From Selaginella moellendorffii (Eukaryota > Plantae > Lycopodiophyta): DNA of 64,000 bases. The number at the start of each line of letters is the position of its first letter. Positions within the stretch are counted from its first letter, which is position 1. The translations under genes and the position numbers were made by a program. Where the stretch lies: assembly GCF_000143415.4 (NCBI RefSeq), contig NW_003314291.1, forward strand, positions 1,592,517 to 1,656,516, written 5' to 3'. Positions 58,652 to 64,000 of this stretch are shown piece after piece. The notes beneath the pieces were generated by a model. That model saw nothing but the letters and a program-made list of their open reading frames with translations. It had not been told where the DNA came from and did not search any database.

Positions 58652-60240
58652 ACAATCCGAATCTGAATCAGAGGAGGCGTGATGGCATGTGGCCTTACGC
58701 CATTCCTAGGTGAGATGATACAAATAACAAGTATAAATTCTTAGTTGTTCTAGCAAATCTTACTTAAAGTTCAAGGTGAACAAGCCGAATATGAATTCAT
58801 CGGATTGTTATAACAAATTGCAAGGTGATGGCATGAGGCGATACGCCATTTGAGAGTGGTAGCCATTCCTATATGAGGTGAGTGAAGTATTTATTAGAAA
58901 TACCTCATTCAATTGTGCACTTCTAAGTCTTGGTCCACTTAGTACTGTTTGCATGTTTTTATTTTAATTCTTTCTCTAAAATGTTGTTTAGCATGTGGCT
59001 TCATGCCATTGCTCTCCACAATCATGCATTGAATTTCTATCCTTGCATAATACTTCTCCATATATATAGCATGTGCGCACATGTGATATGGTTCATTAGG
59101 CCTGATATAGTGTGTGAGGTAAAACAAAGATGATGTGACATATGCATTTACCAATCACACGTGCATAAATCTAATAATATGGCGTGTGGCCCATATTAAT
59201 GGCACATAAACCCATATTGTGGGCTTACGTGCTTTATGTACCATCATTCCCTTGCAGCGTGTGTGTTGGTTTCCTTTTATAACACAACGAACTCCATATT
59301 TTAGGGTGAAGAGCGTTCTCATGGCAAGCACAAAATCTGTAAGTGAGGTAGAAAAGGAGACGGAGAAGGAGATAGGTGAAGATGTAGAATATATAAGTCT
59401 TCCAAACTCCCCGTACTATACTCCAGGTGATCATTTTTCTGAACAAACGGCAACATTAACAACTATCGAGAACGCCCCAGTAACGTCAGAGACAACAATC
59501 CAAAGCAAAACAACTGACCCGGAGAAGGATGATAGTACCGCTGAGAGTACCAAAAAGGAGGTGTCCACTAGCGCTTAGGCTTATAATGGCGTGTGCCCTC
59601 ATGCCATTTACTTGATCACCAAATACCTTTTTCCCTTTGCACTAGTATATCTTAATACCGGTCTAAGAAATAGAATGGCATGTGCCCTCAGGCCTTTTAC
59701 TAAATCACCTTTGAAAGAAATGCAAGCCTCTATGTCGTAAAAAAAAGGTACTAGAGAAATTCCTTAATAATATGAATGTTATTTAGTTTCATGAAAATAC
59801 ACTAAGGGTCAAATGAGTTAAATGACTTCTCCAGACTAGCAATTCCTCTTGCTACACCTTCACAATTAGATTCGTTAGAAAAAGATAACATTGAATAATA
59901 TCTAAATGTTCTCACCATTAAGTTATATGTCTGGCTAATAGGAATGATGTTCATCTTGGAAAGCTCACCACACGCTCAATGAACAAACAAATAGTGTGTG
60001 CGCGCATGCCATCGCTCTTCTTTAGCTTCAGATTCGGCTTGTTCACCTTGACAATGAGATTTATTATACAACTAGATGGACTCAGTCTGGACATAAGGTC
60101 ACCGCGCTAGTCACCATGCCCCAGATATGTCTAGCCCCTGGACAAAAAACATATAATTTCACGTCATTTTCAAATACTTGAAAATTTGTACCTAGTCCCA
60201 TTTTACTGAATAAATCCCACTTTAACGAAATAGAGCATCA

Positions 60241-60891
60241 TAAGGGTATATCTAACTTCCTAATGCCATTAAGAAGTCTTGGGTAGCTACCTTCTACCCG
60301 TTTAACCAATTATTTTGCACCTCTCGCTTAGTTGCCCCATAGTTGTTAAGTCCTACAACTCATTGCTTGGTGCTTCCACACCTCTATCATTATCAGGGTC
60401 ACCACACTCTAACCACATGCTTTCCAACTTAGGCTATGCCATTCCCTTGGCAAGGGGTTCCCATGAACCCATCAACATAACTTCAAGATATCTCATTTTG
60501 GCACATTTGGTGTTTCCACATCAACGGCTCCACTATCCTACCTCTATGACACTTCTTACTTGTGTATAGGTCTTTGCCAAGACCAAAGCAGTAATTTTTC
60601 ATGCTAACTATCAGTTAGCACTGCACCATAGTGTTCACACACAACTCTATGCCAAAGTTGCTTTCTTTTTGGGGAACACATTTTCCACGATTTTAGCATG
60701 GCATATTCTGCCATTGGTGAGATACCCTCTATTCTCATCCTTGGATTCTATGGTCCCCCCCATCCTTTGCGGGGTACAACACACCTCAGTCCAAATGCTT
60801 CCATCAATCCTTTAGGATTATTCCTTGACTCTACTTGAGTCATCCAGCTTTTTGGACTTTGTCATCCGACGACCCATGAGGTCCTACCTTC
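60241..60891 (-). mobile_element. Family A interior fragment
   Basis: Reverse-complement match to about 45555-46203. Confidence 0.85.
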
Positions 60892-61294
60892 CTGACTGGA
60901 GTCCTCCTCATGCAAGGATTCCTCATCCATAGCCTCTCGTTCGACCGGAGGCTCCAACTCTGGAGGAGGTTCCATCTCCGCCTTGGTTCGCTTCTGCCTT
61001 GCTTTTGCCATCTCCCAGCAATCCGCCTCTATCCTTCGCTAGAACTGAGGAAAAGGCTCCGATACCAAATTGTAAGCCACAAATTTTTCCTTTCCAACTT
61101 GCCAGCTTAACTCGTCTATCCGTCCAACATTGCCTTGGCTTTTACTAAATTCCCTCGCCAAGGTTCTTGCCTATGGTACCAGCTCCTACTTGGTTTTACT
61201 TGGTTTCACCTACTCACTGCATGAGCAACGGAGTGTTAGCCATCCATCCACAGATTCCCAAATCTCTCCCAATCCCCCTCCCCGGGTTAGACTG
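60892..61294 (-). mobile_element. Family C fragment: LTR end (61071-61294), PBS (61056-61067) and start of gag
   Basis: Reverse-complement match to 48488-48885. Confidence 0.85.
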
Positions 61295-62061
61295 TGTGAG
61301 ACACAAAATCCCTAGGCCCCAAAGTGGAGCCGGAAGGGTGCCACGTGGTAGTGGCCGAAGCGAAAGCCAAACGAGTGTAACACGTTTGGGCCAAAAGCTC
61401 CGACTTGAAAGGTCGAGAGCGGGAGTGGAACTCCTAACGAAGTGCTCGAGGAATGAGCACAAAGCGAGCAATAAGCGAGGCTCCAAAAAGGGACCCAAAA
61501 GGACCAACACATGACACGTGGAAGTGTCCGAGATGGACCCGAGATAGATCCGAGTTGGAGTCCGAACTGGAGTCCGAGAAGGACCCGAGATGGAGTCCGA
61601 GGTGGAGTCCGAGAGGGACCCGAGATGGAGTCCAAGATGGAGTCCGAGGTGGAGTCCGAGATGGACCCGAGGTGGAGTCCGAGATGGACCCGAGATGGAG
61701 TCCGAGATGGAGTCCAAGATGGACCCGAGGTGGAGTCCGAGATGGACCCGAGATGGAGTCCGAGATGGACCCGAGATGGAGTCCGAGATGGACCCGAGAT
61801 GGACCCGAGATGGAGTCTGAAGTCGAGACCGAGACCGGGACCGAGACCGAGACCGAGGTCGGGACCGAGACCGAGACCAAGGCCGAGGCCAAGACCGAGC
61901 CCGAGCCCGAGTCCGAGTCCGAGTCCGAATCCAAGTCCGAGTCCGAGTCCGAGTCCGAGTCCGAATCCGAGTCTGAGAGGGTGAAAGCCCAAAGCGTTTG
62001 TCTCCCAGACCCTGGGGGGTTTGGTGAGCTCCAAAAGTATAGTAGGGGGAGGACTGCAGTG
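61295..62061 (+). mobile_element. Truncated family A LTR with repeat array
   Basis: Starts TGTGAGACACAAAATCCC and contains the GAGATGGAGTCC array. Confidence 0.9.
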
Positions 62062-62503
62062 AAGCTCTATTTCGTTAAAGTGGGAATTGTCATTATCCCA
62101 CTTGTAAAATAAGGTTTCCAAACCTTTATATAGTATATAAATATAAAAAAATTCAATTGCATTGAGGCACATGCCATTTTATTTTAAACAAGGAAATGTC
62201 TACTCAATCACTTCTCCTCCCCCTGCCACTGCTTCACCTCTCTCTTCTCCTTGTCATCGTTGTCCAATTTCTTTCCATCCTTTTAATATTGGCTCAGTTG
62301 CTCCGAGTCTAGATGGAGCCCAAATCCCCATTCAATCTTTACTTTCCCCTTATTAATAAAACAACTTCGCAGACTTCCAATAACATGCTGTAACACTTCT
62401 AGTATAATGCAAATCCTCTCAAAGAATTGTCTTTTAATATTAATACAATGGCATGGAACCCCATGCCATAATAAGTTACATTTTTAAATAAATACATGCC
62501 ATC

Positions 62504-63367
62504 TCAGACTGTTATTTTTTGCCTCCAACGCCTATACAATAATCTTGGAATTTCATCACTCTCCACACTATCAGGATTTAAACCCAATAGTAATGCCATC
62601 TCTTCTCTAATACGTCCATGCTCATGTTCAGTGGTCGAAGAACCCATCCGGTTGAGCAGATTATGGAGATGCGGATAGTGCTTGGCTAGACAATATACAT
62701 GCCATAAATGATGACTGGTGTCTGTCCGATCAAATGGCTTCTGATATACAGTTCCATCTGCCATTTGGTTGATTTCTGCAGCCACCTCCTGGACTGGCCG
62801 GTTCTCTATCACCATCGCTTCAAGCCGTTTTGCAAGGTCCCCCAGAACATACGGTTTCTTCTCCCTAGTTTCCATACTGCAAGAGATGGGGTGCACTGCA
62901 TATGTGTGCGTGTTCGCTGCAGTTTTAATCGGCGAGTCATCGATGATGAGGATTTCACTTGACCTAGCAGTCCGGTTCATCACTACAGCCTCTGCCTTGA
63001 CGAAGATGGGCTTGCTACCCCTCACATGGACCATAGTCAAGCAATCCTCCTACGTTAGGAGAAAGTCAAATGGTAATATTACTCGCGTCTGATCGTGCAT
63101 CATCTGTAGCAACGTTAATGCATTGTGGCGCATCATGGATGTCCAAACTCCCAATTGCAAATTGAACCCGGCCCTCTGTTTTAAGTGTCGCATGGTCATT
63201 ATTAGATCCCGCAGTTTCTCCCGTGTGATTAATGTGAATCTGTCTCTTTTGACCAACTTGCGACCGCAGGCTTTGGAGGGTGCAGTGACATTCGAGGACG
63301 AGCCACGCTCATGGGAGAAAAGGACACCGTTCAGATCAAAAACGATACAGTACTTTCGCCGTGACTC
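62504..63367 (-). pseudogene. FCP1/NIF-type HAD phosphatase-domain gene fragment
   Basis: IVFDLNGVL, LGVWTSMMRHN, KPIFVK and ILIIDDSPIKT in one frame with a single TAG at 63050. A 46-nt GT-AG intron lies at 63368-63413. Confidence 0.8.
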
Positions 63368-63461
63368 TGAAATGAAATGTGTTAGCATAAAAAATGGTAC
63401 AAGTCAATTTTACCATCTACAATATTAGCGAATGGTGCTCCCGATGGTCGTTGAGAGGGTT

Positions 63462-64000
63462 TGTGAGACACAAAATCCCTAGGCCCCAAAGTGGAGCCAG
63501 AAGGGCGCCACATGGTAGTGGCCGAAGCGAGAGCCAAACGAGCGTAACACGTTTGGACCAAAAGCTCCGACTTGAAAAGTCAAGAGCGGGAGTGGAACTC
63601 CCAACGTAGTGCTTGAGGAACGAGCACGAAGCGAGCAAAAGGTGAGGCTCCAAAAAGGGACCCAAAAGGACCAACACATGACACGTGGGAGTGTCCGAGA
63701 TGGACTCGAGTTGGAGTCTGAAGTGGAGTCCGAGATGGACCCGAGTTGGAGTCCGAAGTGGAGTCTGAGATGGACCCGAGTTGGAGTCCAAAGTGGAGTC
63801 CGAGATGGACCCGAGTTGGAGTCCGAAGTGGAGTCCGAGATGGACCCGAGATGGAGTCCGAAATGGAGTCCGAAGTGGAGTCCGAGGTGGACCCGAGATG
63901 GACCCGAGTTGGAGTCCGAAGTGGAGTCCGAGATGGAGTCCGAGATGGAGTCCGAGGTGGACCCGAGATGGACCCGAAATGGAGTCCGAGATGGACCCGA
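63462..64000 (+). mobile_element. Family A LTR running off the window end
   Basis: Starts TGTGAGACACAAAATCCC and carries the repeat array. Confidence 0.92.

Larger units (their letters stand above)
50121..60240. mobile_element. Large cargo-carrying DNA transposon (Sola-like), left end lost, right end not resolved
   Basis: Contains a DDD transposase, a divergent spliced cargo gene and a dispersed palindrome specific to this region. No TIR/TSD pair was identified. Confidence 0.65.
50516..62469. repeat. Dispersed 22-bp palindrome, consensus ATGGCRTGAGGCCTCAYGCCAT, about 22 copies
   Basis: Copies start at about 50516, 50707, 50848, 52067, 53344, 53404, 53481, 54700, 55315, 55413 (perfect), 55574, 55610, 55680, 57283, 57340, 58682, 58828, 58988, 59179, 59586, 59675, 59991, 62156 and 62448. 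Some are degenerate. Confidence 0.92.

Noticed and set aside
60085-60150. GGACATAAG.. region as the right TIR of the Sola-like element
   Set aside because: No matching inverted partner or TSD is present in the window, so it cannot be supported.
50516-62469. Palindromic repeat as a CRISPR array
   Set aside because: Spacing is irregular (tens to thousands of bp), the copies sit in introns and ORFs, there are no cas genes, and the context is eukaryotic.

Overview
This is a gene-free, heavily nested transposable-element landscape from a plant nuclear genome, probably a non-seed land plant given the very short introns, a TatI/II-type element and a Sola-like transposase. It has two N gaps (15733-15912, 18254-19175). 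Contents: (1) many copies of a non-coding LARD-like LTR family ('family A') whose LTRs hold a CTCGGA/CTCGGACTCCAT tandem array; (2) a non-chromovirus Ty3 element (9961-21745) with an extra 5' ORF and a hAT transposon in its 5' LTR; (3) one intact, very young Ty3 element (22738-27653); (4) a TRIM; (5) a Tat element with an extra RNase H before RT (35178-44184); (6) a related LTR family C; (7) two short insertions with 17-18 bp TSDs and a shared 3' end. The most unusual part is about 50120-60240, plus a fragment at 62062-63461. It looks like a large cargo-carrying DNA transposon with a Sola-like DDD transposase, a divergent spliced gene encoding a ParB-like domain plus a degenerate methyltransferase-like fold, and an FCP1-type phosphatase gene. 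This region carries about 22 copies of one 22-bp palindrome (ATGGCRTGAGGCCTCAYGCCAT), several of them forming the core of 38-54 nt introns. All domain calls come from motif recognition by eye, with no database searches.
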